A stretch of DNA of 47,306 nt from Neoconidiobolus thromboides FSU 785 (lineage: Eukaryota; Fungi; Entomophthoromycota), in NCBI GenBank assembly GCA_025603075.1, contig MU626411.1:1-47306 (forward strand), read 5' to 3'. The notes beneath the pieces are model-generated. The model saw only the letters and a program-made list of their open reading frames with translations. It did not search any database and had not been told where the DNA came from. Of the stretch, positions 11,719 through 22,822 are shown one piece after another. The position numbers were made by a program, and so were the translations under genes. Every line of letters starts with the position of its first letter. Positions within the stretch are counted from its first letter, which is position 1.

Positions 11719-11823
11719 TGGGGATGTATTTTTGTGTTTAAGAATTCTGCTAACAAATTTTCCGCTTAAATAGCGCTTAGAAGATAGAAAAAAAAATGTC
11801 AAAACCAAAAAAAAACATCCCCA
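11719..11823 (+). mobile_element. MITE-like element copy 3 (best preserved; perfect 8-bp TIR TGGGGATG/CATCCCCA, TA on both sides)
   Basis: TA (11717-11718) TGGGGATG...TTCCGCTTAAATAGCGCTTAG...CATCCCCA TA (11824-11825). Confidence 0.85.
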
Positions 11824-12360
11824 TATAATATTTCAAAATTAGAGCTTTGTTAAATTGTTTATAACAAATAAATATAAAGCAACAATTCTATATTAATATA
11901 TATTCTTAACAGCTTATTAATTTCTTTAGCATATATATTATTTGATTACATACTCTGATACGCTATGACTCAAAAGGTAAGCAGGCTTAGTAATAGTTCA
12001 AACTTTGAATATTTCCTATTTAATATAATGTTTTATTTAATAACTATCACTATAGGCATCTCTGTTTTTGATAATGTACTAAAATGATATCATACTATTT
12101 TATAAAGCCTAATATTAATACAGTTTATATAAGAAATGCTAATTTGAAAACTAACCATATCAACATAACTAGAGTTATTACATCCTATACCTGGAAAGCT
12201 TTATTTTTTATTAAATACAAAAAAGAGAAAGTAAAAGTGTTTTGAAATAGAATTTTTATAAATAAAATCCTATAATTCTTATTCTTTAATAAACTATTAT
12301 GTAAAAATAAAGATAAAATACCCAAAAAGTTAAAAAATATATAAAAAAGCTATCAAGTTA

Positions 12361-12455
12361 TGGGTATGTGTTTTGTATTTAAGAATTTTAGTAATAATTT
12401 TTTCACTCAAATAGTGCTTAAAAGATGGAAAAGTGATCAAGCTAAAAAAACCCCT
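12361..12455 (+). mobile_element. MITE-like element copy 4
   Basis: TA TGGGTATG...TTCACTCAAATAGTGCTTAAAAGATGGAAAAGTGATC...CCCCT TA. Confidence 0.75.
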
Positions 12456-12895
12456 TATGGTAAAGTGGTAATTGAATAATTAGAATATAATTTCTATAAA
12501 AGGTAGTTTTAATTTTTTTTACTAAATTCGTTTATTTGTTTCTAATACATTTTTAATACTTATCAATTGTGTTATCCCTGCTATAATATTATTAATTAAT
12601 AGTTAATTTATTTAAAATTATTTTATATATATTTACTTATTTCAAAAAGTACTATTTAACTCAATCAAACGAATGTTTATTTTCTAAATTCAAATAATAG
12701 ATGGCACTTTTTAAGTATTAACTAAAGTACCATCTCATCCCATTTAGAATTTTTAAAGCTTATTCTAAATAAGAAAAGCAAAAATAGTCATCTTAATAGA
12801 AAACAATCTTTTTTCAATAGCTCAATTAACCACAAGTCAGAATGTGTAGCTTTGTTATATAACTTTACATAAATGATGCTAGAACTGTCTCAATA

Positions 12896-12989
12896 TGGGG
12901 ATATATTTTTAAAGAATTTATCAGCAATCTTCCCGCTCAAATACTGCTTAAAAAATGGAAAAAGTGATGAAACCAAAAAAAAATCCCCA
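12896..12989 (+). mobile_element. MITE-like element copy 5
   Basis: TA TGGGGATA...TCCCGCTCAAATACTGCTTAAAAAATGGAAAAAGTGATG...ATCCCCA TA. Confidence 0.8.
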
Positions 12990-13442
12990 TATGTTAAACA
13001 GATATATTACAAACCTATAGATAAGGACGTAAAGTAAAGGCTGATTTATTCTTTTGGGATTAGAGTAAAAAATTGTGATTAGGAATGATATTAATTTGCA
13101 TTAGAAAATTGTTAAAAAATGGTAATTTTTTATGGTTGAGAGTGGAATATTTGATGATAGGCACTTGTTCTCTTATGATCGTAAATAACGGGTTTACCTT
13201 CATTTCTTTATAAAAAAAGCTAAAAGGATTCAAAAGGTACATTGTATAGCAAGCCAAATGCTTTTCAACTGTTTTTTATACCACTAAAATAAGTTATAGT
13301 GGTACCAAGAAAATTGTCTCCGTATTAGAAATAACAAACTAGAACAAAATAATACAAAGTAAAACATTATTGGGGAAAAATAAATGAATGAATTACTAAG
13401 GGATAAGAGTATAGGCTGAAAGGAGGGGAAGGATCGAAAATG

Positions 13443-13555
13443 ATTGGCTGGGAGAAATTTTGAGTTAATCAACTATTAACTTTTTGAGAACAAAGTAAAT
13501 TTGAAAATAATTCTTGAAGTCTGTAAATAGTAATTCCAGGATGGTGGTATATAAA
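13443..13555 (+). promoter_or_regulatory. Putative core promoter of the SUN gene: inverted CCAAT box and TATA box
   Basis: GATTGGCT (ATTGG 13443-13447) and TATATAAA (13548-13555), ~100 bp upstream of the ATG at 13658. Confidence 0.45.
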
Positions 13556-13657
13556 GCCTCTCAATCAACGTATCCTCCACTGATTTATTTTTTTATTAAA
13601 ACTATAATACCTAATCTTTAAAAAGTATATCATACTGATATAATTAATATATATAAC

Positions 13658-14854
13658 ATGATTAATAATAAATTAATATTTTCAATTTTTTTTGCTTCTA
13701 TAATTAATGCTCAAAAATGTCTTCGCGGTAATGCACAAGGTACTGAAGTAAGCATGGAAGTAGCTCCACCCTGCTGGCTTGATCAGCCAGCTGGGCTACC
13801 ACTTTGTTTTGAACTAACAAACGGCGCTTGTCCATCTTGGCCTGGAATTTACAACATCAAGGACAAAAAGCCCAAAAGAAAATGTAGAGGTAAAGGTAAA
13901 GCTCAAGGTCAAGGTCAAGTTAAAACTCCGGCCCCAGCTGAACTCTCCATTCCAGTTGAAAATCATGATTCGACTCCAGAGACGAATTTACCTCAACAAG
14001 AAAATAAAAAGCAACCAAAATATCGAACCCTTGAGCCAATTTCACCTCCAGAACAAAAGGAAGACCAACCAAAATATCAACAACCTGAACCAATTGCTGG
14101 GGAGTGTAACTTACCAACCGATGAAAACATCATTCCTATTACCCCTAAGCAAATGAATCGTGGTTGGGCAATGAGTCCTGATCAAGGATGTAAAATTGGA
14201 GGATGGTGCCCATATGCATGCAAAGCTGGTTATTACTCAGCACAATATGATGAAAGTGCAAGGGTTCAAGGACCACAAGCCGGATCAATGAATGGAGGAT
14301 TAAAATGTGAACAAGGTGGTAAACTAACCAAACCATTTGCCGACCGTCCATATTGTTTACCTGGTATGATGAATGTTCATATTGATAACAGATTAGATGG
14401 TCAAGTCTCTTTATGTCAAACAACTTACCCTGGGAATGAAGCAATGTTGATCCCTACCGTTGCTAAACCTGGAAACCTTCAAGTTATCAATACCCCTCCC
14501 CAAACCTACTGGCAAAGTACCTCTGCACATTATTATGTTAATCCAGTAAATTCATCTCAAGATGAATGTATATGGGGAGAAAAATCAAAGGCCATTGGTA
14601 ATTGGGCTCCATTTATCGTTGGTTCAAACGAAGGCTTCGAAGGCAATACATTTGTTATGATTACTGTTAATCCCGAGTTTATCTCTGCAGGACTTCAATC
14701 TACAATTGGTGACTATTATAAAATGCGTATCGAGTGTGATGATGGTGCCTGTAACGGTGCTCCCTGCGAAATTGTCGTCAGTGACCCAGCTGGCAAGAAC
14801 TGTGTCGTGACTGTACCTAAGAATGCTAAAGCTAGGGTTGTCTTCACCCATTAA
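13658..14854 (+). CDS. Secreted SUN-family (GH132) beta-glucan remodelling protein with N-terminal Cys-rich module, 398 aa
   Basis: Signal peptide, then a C-terminal SUN domain with GWAMSPDQ.C..G.WCPYAC..G, GSMNGGL.C, CQT.YPGNEAMLIPT, HYYVNP, C.WG and GNWAPF. A Pro/Gln/Lys-rich linker separates the two parts. Confidence 0.87.
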   Translation: MINNKLIFSIFFASIINAQKCLRGNAQGTEVSMEVAPPCWLDQPAGLPLCFELTNGACPSWPGIYNIKDKKPKRKCRGKGKAQGQGQVKTPAPAELSIPVENHDSTPETNLPQQENKKQPKYRTLEPISPPEQKEDQPKYQQPEPIAGECNLPTDENIIPITPKQMNRGWAMSPDQGCKIGGWCPYACKAGYYSAQYDESARVQGPQAGSMNGGLKCEQGGKLTKPFADRPYCLPGMMNVHIDNRLDGQVSLCQTTYPGNEAMLIPTVAKPGNLQVINTPPQTYWQSTSAHYYVNPVNSSQDECIWGEKSKAIGNWAPFIVGSNEGFEGNTFVMITVNPEFISAGLQSTIGDYYKMRIECDDGACNGAPCEIVVSDPAGKNCVVTVPKNAKARVVFTH

Positions 14855-16559
14855 CTTTATTTTGAAATTGAAAAACTTAATATTGTATAGCTTTCATTTG
14901 AACACAGATTCTCCTTATTTTATTTATTCAATAAAATATCAAAAAAATTAATATTAGTTTAGTCTATTAAAGGATTTTAAATTTGTAATATCATTCTTTA
15001 ATAATTGTAAATATACACTAGTATGAAGAATTTTGATTTTTACATTACATATCACTAAATTATCTTATGGTATGTCAATTTTGAAAAAGATAATGTAGCT
15101 TCATTAAAATATGGTTTGGTTTCCAACATGCTCCAAAAATTGATTCTTATTGAGGACACTACTTACTACTGTTTGACCTCTTTTAGGGCTTTTAGTGGTA
15201 ATTTTTATAGCCAAATTATTTGCATAGCCAATTTTTTATATCTGATTCATATATTATCTGGATTTAAGCATAATTTTTTCCTAAAAGAGTATTTATCTAG
15301 GTCACAAACGAGCTGCAATAGCTTTATTCTATATTGAAATTAATTGAAAATATAGAACTAATATAGGCTATAATTTTTTTAAAATTATATCATAAAAAAC
15401 ATGGTTAATGAAAATAAAAAGTCCAAATATAACAAGTAATGATAGACATACTTTTATAAGTATATAAAAATGAACTAGTGATTTATTTGTCATTGGGATG
15501 AATCCGAGCAATTTAAAGTTCAAGAGTACATTACTTTATTACAATATTAACAGTAAAAATAGTAAACAAATGCGCTAATAAGAAAGTATAAGAGATGAAA
15601 TTTAAAAAAGCTTTAATGGTAAAATATATATGGAAACTATAAATTCTTTGTTTTTAAAGATCAATCTCAATTTCAAACATTCAGGTGTTTTTTAATCACA
15701 AATCTATATAGCATTATCTTAAATTAATCTTAAAAAATGAACAAATAATTTAGAAAAAACATCCGTTTATTTTATCTTATGAATGGAAACTGAGTTATTT
15801 TAACTTTATTATAGAAACATTGTTTTAGCACTTTCTAGTTATCGTGTTTTATTGTGATATTTAATTATATATAGTCTATCCTTTAAAACAATAGATTTTG
15901 ATTTTTACAAACTATCTATAGCATGATTTATCTTATTTCATTTGATAGTTATATAAAATTAGTTATTGTTAATAAAATAGAAATGTTTTTAATTAAGTTC
16001 AGATTTACTTGCAATAAATTACTTTTAGAAATTACTATCAATTATGAGTGTATATTTTAAAGTTTATTAACACAATTATTACTACTTTTTCATTTTTATC
16101 AATATACTAATTGATAAGTTTCATTAATTTAATAATAGCTTTTGAAACCGCATAGTTTAAAACTTACTTTTATTCTTAATCGTAGATTTAAATTAGTTTT
16201 ATTTTTTTAATACTCTAACTTTAATTTATAAATTAAATAAAAATAAACTATAATATGACATATAATTTTAAGACATATTCCTTATTAAGATCAAAATATA
16301 ATTAGATGGTAGCATTTTTTTACATTTCTTAGATCATTTTTAAGCCTCTATTAGTTTTGAAGTCTAATTATTTTTATAAAGTGACATCATCCTTCTTTCA
16401 TCAAACTTTAGCCACCTACCAAACCAACAATTAACTAACATCCTCTTAATAAATGAGATCGATTTATTTGATGATGTTAAACATTAAAATAAAACTGAAA
16501 CTAGATCAAGTATAATATGATTATTTATGACGAAATGAAAAACATTCATTCATAAAAAG

Positions 16560-16567
16560 TATAAATA
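16560..16567 (+). promoter_or_regulatory. Putative TATA box of the PH-domain gene
   Basis: TATAAATA ~30 bp before the ATG at 16599, plus a CRE-like TGACATCA at 16382-16389. These are motif matches only. Confidence 0.3.
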
Positions 16568-16598
16568 GGCTGCTATTTGAATTTTTAAAATATATAAA

Positions 16599-19022
16599 AT
16601 GCCCGAAATTGTAAAATCTGATAAACATACTCTTAATCCACAACAATCTCTTAAAGCATCTAGAGGTCCATTAACTCATAATGAACCAGGTGCTCCTTCT
16701 GAAGCAACTACAGCCTCCTACCTTAAAGCAACTTCAAGCGAAAGTACTGACATTCTCGAAAAAAGGTTAGAGTCCTGGAGAACTGTTGTAAAAGACTTAA
16801 TTAACTACTTTGATGAAATTTCCGACACTGAGCTTTCCACAAGCAAAGGTTTAGAGAAGTCATCCACTTACATTGATGTACCTTTTAAGGAAGCTCATTT
16901 TTTTGGTGATGACTCTAAGCCTGGTGTACAAAACTTATTAGCTCAAATTCGTAACCATTCCCACCAACAGTCCCTTTATTATCGAAATTCGTCCGAAAAT
17001 ATTACTAATGTAACTATTAAGGATTTAAAGCAATTAAGGGATGATATTAAATATCGTATTAAAGAGGTAAAGAGCGATTATAATTCTCTTAATTCTAAAT
17101 TAGCTAGAACTAGAGATAATTCTATCTCACACTTTAAAAGTCTTAGTCGTGCAACAACTGACCGTGAGGATGCTACTTCCCCTGATAACGACCCATGGCT
17201 TGTAAACCACAGCTTTCAAAGACAGCTTCATAAAGATGTAAATGAAGAGAATAATTACAATAGAACCATTGAGAACTCTATTAAAAGTTTAGAAAACTTT
17301 GAAGAGAGCATTGTTTCTAGAATCAAACAAATCATTGATCAGTATTACACTGATAAATCTAAAGGTAACTTAAGTTTCGATCAACAAGCCGAGGTCATAA
17401 GACAGCTTTCTAATAGTTTCGATAATGGAACTGAATGGAGAGCCTTTGGCGAAAGAAACCCAGATATTGTCCCTGTTGCTCCAGCTAAAGTTCGTACCGT
17501 TGAAGACTTACAGCAGCCATTTAAGGAATCAGGATTATTGGAAACAATAAGAACTGGCGTCTTGGAACGCAAATCAGGAATTGGAATGTTTAAATCATGG
17601 AAAGAATACTTCTTTGTTCTAACTGGTAGTGGGTTCCTTCATGCTTTCTCAAGCTCTGATTATCATAATCAAAAGGAGCCAGATTTTTCTATCCCACTTC
17701 GTAAAGCTACTTTAACTCCACACTTAGAAGACAAAAAGGACTCTCCATATGCATTTGAAGTTACTGATCAATCTTCTGGAGGCGTCTTCAGCAGCGAAAA
17801 AACCTATTTACTCCGTGCCAATAATCAAAGTGATTTGGATGCCTGGTATAAAGATTTATCTATGAGAGCTGATAGAACCCTTAGTGTACATAGTGATCGC
17901 AGTGGTGTTTCTCCATATGCAGTAGGTGCAGGTGCTGCAGCTGTTGCGGGTACTGCAGGTGCCGCTGCAGCAAATAGACATCATTCAACAAAAGATACAG
18001 GTATCCCCTATGATAATTTAGAAGCTTCAGCTACTAGTAATGCTCCACCCCACACAGCTAGAACATCTGGTGTAAATCAAGGTGCGTTAGATAGTCTTGC
18101 CACTGCATCTCCAACTGCTGTGTCTGGACTTGATAATACTACCCATCATAACCAGTCCAATCCCGCCGTACAAGGTCAATCTCATTTGACTCAGGGAGCA
18201 CCTTTAGGTACTGCTACTAGTGAAGCAAGGCCATTACATAATGTTTCGACTGCCACAGCTACTGGAGCAGCAATGACTGGGGCAGGAGTGAATGAAACTC
18301 ATAATATTAGAAATCATCCAGAAGGCACTTCAAGCAATCTTAGATCTGGAGCAGCTATGACCGGAGCAGCTATGACCGGAGTAGCAATGAATGAAGCTCA
18401 TAACGCTAGAAACCACCCAGAAGGTACCTCAAGCAACCTTAGATCTGGAGCAGGTATGACTGGAGCAGGTATGAGTGAAGCTCATAATGTTAGAAGTCAC
18501 CCAGAAGGTACCTCAAGCAGCCTTAGATCTGGAGCAGGTATGGATGAAACTTATAATGTTAGGGGTCATTCAGATGATACTTCAAGTAATCTTAGATCTG
18601 GAACAGGTATAGCCGAAACTCACAATCTTAGAAACCATCCAGAAGGCTCAGGAAATGATATTTACCGTAAATCTCTTGCAGCTGCAGGAATGGGCGCTGC
18701 AGGAGGTGCTGCAGCTAGTTCCATGGTGTCTGGCCATAGAGCAGATGATGCTCAAAGAATGGCAGCTAGTGAAACTCCCAATTTGACCTCTCAAAGAAGT
18801 CTAAATAATCGTAGCTCTACTGAAGCCATATATGATGGTGATGGTCTCATGACTGATGAACAAAAGCGTAATGCAGCTATTATAGGTAATACTCCAAAGT
18901 TTGATCAAGCACAAAATAGCTACCCAGATCAAGTAACTATCACTGCTCAAGGTCAAGAAAGAATCTATGTACCTTTAGACCCTAACAGTGCCGAAAATCG
19001 ACCAGCTGGGCCCATGCCATAA
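16599..19022 (+). CDS. Slm1/Slm2-like protein: helical BAR-like region + PH domain + low-complexity repeat tail, 807 aa
   Basis: RLESWRTVVKDLINYFDEI resembles the Slm1 helical region. PH motifs G.LERK...KSWKEYFFVLT.SGFLH.F, F.V, YLLRA...DLDAW. The C-terminal third is Gly/Ala/Ser/His/Asn-rich. Confidence 0.75.
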   Translation: MPEIVKSDKHTLNPQQSLKASRGPLTHNEPGAPSEATTASYLKATSSESTDILEKRLESWRTVVKDLINYFDEISDTELSTSKGLEKSSTYIDVPFKEAHFFGDDSKPGVQNLLAQIRNHSHQQSLYYRNSSENITNVTIKDLKQLRDDIKYRIKEVKSDYNSLNSKLARTRDNSISHFKSLSRATTDREDATSPDNDPWLVNHSFQRQLHKDVNEENNYNRTIENSIKSLENFEESIVSRIKQIIDQYYTDKSKGNLSFDQQAEVIRQLSNSFDNGTEWRAFGERNPDIVPVAPAKVRTVEDLQQPFKESGLLETIRTGVLERKSGIGMFKSWKEYFFVLTGSGFLHAFSSSDYHNQKEPDFSIPLRKATLTPHLEDKKDSPYAFEVTDQSSGGVFSSEKTYLLRANNQSDLDAWYKDLSMRADRTLSVHSDRSGVSPYAVGAGAAAVAGTAGAAAANRHHSTKDTGIPYDNLEASATSNAPPHTARTSGVNQGALDSLATASPTAVSGLDNTTHHNQSNPAVQGQSHLTQGAPLGTATSEARPLHNVSTATATGAAMTGAGVNETHNIRNHPEGTSSNLRSGAAMTGAAMTGVAMNEAHNARNHPEGTSSNLRSGAGMTGAGMSEAHNVRSHPEGTSSSLRSGAGMDETYNVRGHSDDTSSNLRSGTGIAETHNLRNHPEGSGNDIYRKSLAAAGMGAAGGAAASSMVSGHRADDAQRMAASETPNLTSQRSLNNRSSTEAIYDGDGLMTDEQKRNAAIIGNTPKFDQAQNSYPDQVTITAQGQERIYVPLDPNSAENRPAGPMP
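18262..18647 (+). repeat. Coding tandem repeat, units of 84, 99, 84, 69 nt plus a partial fifth
   Basis: Units start CTGGA(G/A)CAG at 18262, 18346, 18445, 18529 and 18598, and each junction reads TTAGATCTGGA. Peptide core: NETHNIRNHPEGTSSNLRS. Confidence 0.9.
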
Positions 19023-19183
19023 TTTAATCTTAATTCTAACAATAAATGATATACTTAAACATTTTGATATTTTACAGTTTTTTATTTGCTTGTATTTAAT
19101 ATGATAAAATAATAGACTTGAAATTATTTAAATAAAATGGAATTAAAAAAAATATAAACAATATAAGAGTTACATTAAAAAAA

Positions 19184-21949
19184 TCAAAGTTTAAGTTCTG
19201 GGATCTTAAGCTCAGCAATATCGAGATAGTACTTAAGGCACTCTGGGTTAGCCAACGTAGCAGTAGAGATACTTTCAATTGGAGTACCATTGATCAGTTT
19301 TTTGACAGCCACCTCTACCTTTTTGCCGTTAACAGTATAGGGAATATCTGGAACAGCTAAAATAATAGCAGGTACATGACGTGGGGATAATAAAGTTCTT
19401 ATACGTAATCTCAAATTATTGATAAGTTCTTGAGTGAATTTTTGACCTTGTTTAAGTTTAAGAAATAGCACAACTCTTTCATCATCGCCAAATTTTTGAC
19501 CAACCTGAGAAAAATTGTTAATTATAATAATGAATAAATTAAATTAAATTACCACTAAACTATCTTCTAATTCAGTAAAATCTTCAACTAATAAAATTAG
19601 TTAGATATATTATTCTAAAATGAAACTATATTAAAAACTCACTGCAGTTGTAAATTTCAGCGCTACCAAATCGAACACCTGCTGGATTTAAAGTACCATC
19701 ACTGATGAAAAATGAATATCAATATTGTTGCAAAGATTAAATATGAAAACCTACCTTCTTCCCAACATAAACACGCCACCGGTTTTTGAGTTAATCAATA
19801 CGAAATCACCATGGTACCAAATACCTATTATTAATAATTAAAAACCTTATCTCCTCAACGCAAAAAAATTTTACCTTTAAATTGTTCAAAGTAAGCAGCA
19901 GTATATTTGGCATTGCCCTCATCATTCCAAAATTTAACTGGCATAGCAGGGAATGCTTTAGTACATACTAAATCCCCACTACGATCTTCACCATGTACAC
20001 CTTTTTCATCCCAACTTTCAATCTTCATACCAAGACAACGGCATTGGATCTCACCTCGGTAAACTGGTAATGCTGTGCTATGTCCTGCAAACAAAGAACA
20101 AATGTCAGTACCACCTGTGATAGAACCTAAACAGAGGTCCTTGCTGATATATTTGTAAACATAATCATAATTTTCAGGTTTAAGGGGAGAACCAGTGGAG
20201 TATAAGGAGTGTAAAGAGGTCAATTGAAAGGTTTCATCTGAATAAAAAGTTAGTTATTGCGAATGTAAATATTGTTTTTATCACTTACTTGGCTTAACTT
20301 TAGCTTCTTGTAAAGATTGAATGTATTTAGCAGAAGTACCGAAGATAGTAATTCTTTATAACAAATTAAATTTAAGCTCTTAGTCAAAAACATGATAAAA
20401 CCTACCTAAGCTTATCGACGAGCTCAAATAGCACATTAGGAGAAGGTTTGAACGGGGAGCCATCGTAAAGTACAATAGAAGCACCAACTGATAAACCAGA
20501 AACTAACCAATTCCACATCATCCATCCTGTCTAATAATGTTAAAAATCAGCATTTAAAACAGCAATATAAATATTAGTATTAAGAATTACTGTGGTATAT
20601 TGAAAGAAGATATCCTTTTCACTCATATTACCGTGGATAATATGCTCTTTTTTATGTTGAAGAAGCATACCCTTTAAAATTAAAAATTAAGCATTTTATA
20701 GTTATTTGGTTATATGTATCTTACCCCTGCTGTATGTACTAAACATTTAGGTTTACCTAGTATATTACAATGATTAATACTATTTTTATTCTTTTCACAT
20801 AACTAATATTACCAGTAGTTCCAGAAGAGAACAAAATGTATAATGGGTGATTAAATGGTAATTGTTCAAAAGTTAAAGGCTCGTCATCTTGTGGTGAAAT
20901 AAAATCATTTAATATGACACTTTAGTAGTAAATATTATATTAATTATTGCTTAAAATAATAAGAACTAATTAAATTACCTATTTGCAATTTTTGATAAAT
21001 CCATAGAATGCGATTCTACAAATGGGAATACAACTACTTTTTTTAACGAATTTAGGCCTAAAACAATCCATTAATATTAATATACTCTATTTATATTGTT
21101 CATGCTATTTTACCTGATACAACACTTTCTACTTTATTTAAATGATCGTGTACTTTTCCATTATAAACGATAGCATTTACTGAAAAAAGAACTTTTGGTT
21201 CAATTTGACTGAAACGATCTAAAACCCCCTAAAATAATATTTAAATTTACTAATAGTATTTATAGAAAAAAACTTACATTAGTTCCAAAATCAGGTGAAG
21301 TTGAACTAAAAAATAAAATAAATATTAGGCACTAAATAATATTACTCAAACATACCTCCAAATAGCTCCAAGACTAGTAACAGCTAGCATAAAAATGATA
21401 GTTTCTGGGCAATTTGGTAAATACCCAGCTACTCTATCACCAACAGTGATTCCCAACTTTTTCAAAGCTGAAGCCACTTGTCTAACTTTTTCATAAAGTT
21501 GAGCATAGCTTAATGAGCTAACTTCTCTCAACTCCCCAGCACCATAGATGGCAACCTTATTTGGATCTCTACACCATAATAAATTCTCTGCAAAGTTGAG
21601 TCGGGAGCCTTCAAACCAAGTAGGTATTTCATTCATAGGTTGATTTTCATCAACCACTTGGGTCCATGGTTTGCTACTGATTACGTGGGTGTATTCCCAA
21701 ATATCCGCCCAAAAATCAGAGATCTTATCACAGGACCATTCATATAATTGATTGTAGTTTTCTTTTGTTTAAAGTTAGTAACATTCCCTTACTTTTAATC
21801 TGTAATATCCACTTACCAAGTTTGAGACCATGCTTTTGATTAACCCAAACACGAAATTTTTCCATATTATGGCTAGCTAAATCTTTAGGCTCCCACATCA
21901 GTTGTGGTGACTTGATGTCATATCCAAGTTTTTTGGTTGATACCATCAT
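19184..21949 (-). CDS. AACS: Acetoacetyl-CoA synthetase (ANL adenylate-forming family), 672 aa, 15 exons: 21949-21817, 21761-21356, 21305-21278, 21228-21114, 21057-20979, 20919-20813, 20756-20725, 20671-20591, 20530-20406, 20353-20289, 20237-19875, 19824-19755, 19701-19643, 19587-19553, 19504-19184
   Basis: The spliced frame (2019 nt) gives [98 protein letters not shown] and [10 protein letters not shown], which are typical AACS motifs. All 14 introns are GT-AG and 48-60 nt. Confidence 0.93.
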
Positions 21950-22822
21950 TTATCGCTATTTTTGATGTTTAAATTGGAATAATAAAAAAACATATCTGAT
22001 TCTTTTAAGTACCTTTTTATACAAAACTCGGGTTAGTAATTTATGGTGATTTAGGCTTCTATTTAATTCCTTTTGAGAATAACTCTCTTTATTTTTGAGT
22101 ATTTAATGAGCTTGACCTACTTTTAGCTTTAAAGGTGCGATTCATACCATTGGAGACTTAATTTTGATTGATCACAATTCCGAATAGATAAACTTATTGG
22201 TTGGGTTTTAGCTCCCATTGACCAATAAAAGTAATATTTTGTGGGAAAATTGAAATGCTCCCTGATTTTTAAGTTTAATTAAATTAACATTGACTAGTGG
22301 AAAAATAGAACGATTTTATATTAAAATAAATAGGTGCTGATGTTTATAATTGTTAATTATCTTAATTTTCCTCTAAAAAACAGTAATTGAAGCTTATAAT
22401 TTTTAATTATATTTTCGTTATATAGCTAGTAATTCTTGTTTAGATTTTGAAAGTGTTTTATTAATGAATCAAAATATAAAGTATGTTCTTAAGTTTAACT
22501 AACAATTCTGAATTTTATACTAAAAAGCTGAACAAAACATTGAAATGAAAAAAGAGACTATAATGTAAATTTATTTAGACAAGCCATCATTATTTGATTC
22601 AAAAAATTAGTATCTGAGACTATTTAAATTCTTGGCACTTTTATAATAACCTCATATAGATAAACTTATACCAAAGGTTAATTTTTTAGCTTTGCTTTTA
22701 AATTTTGCAAATTTAAACCCCATTACAAAAAGGATCATGTTCTCAAATTTTGGATTTAGTCAACTAAATTTACATAAATCAATCTAAAAAAGGTACAATT
22801 TAAAGCAGATTCTTAACATGCC

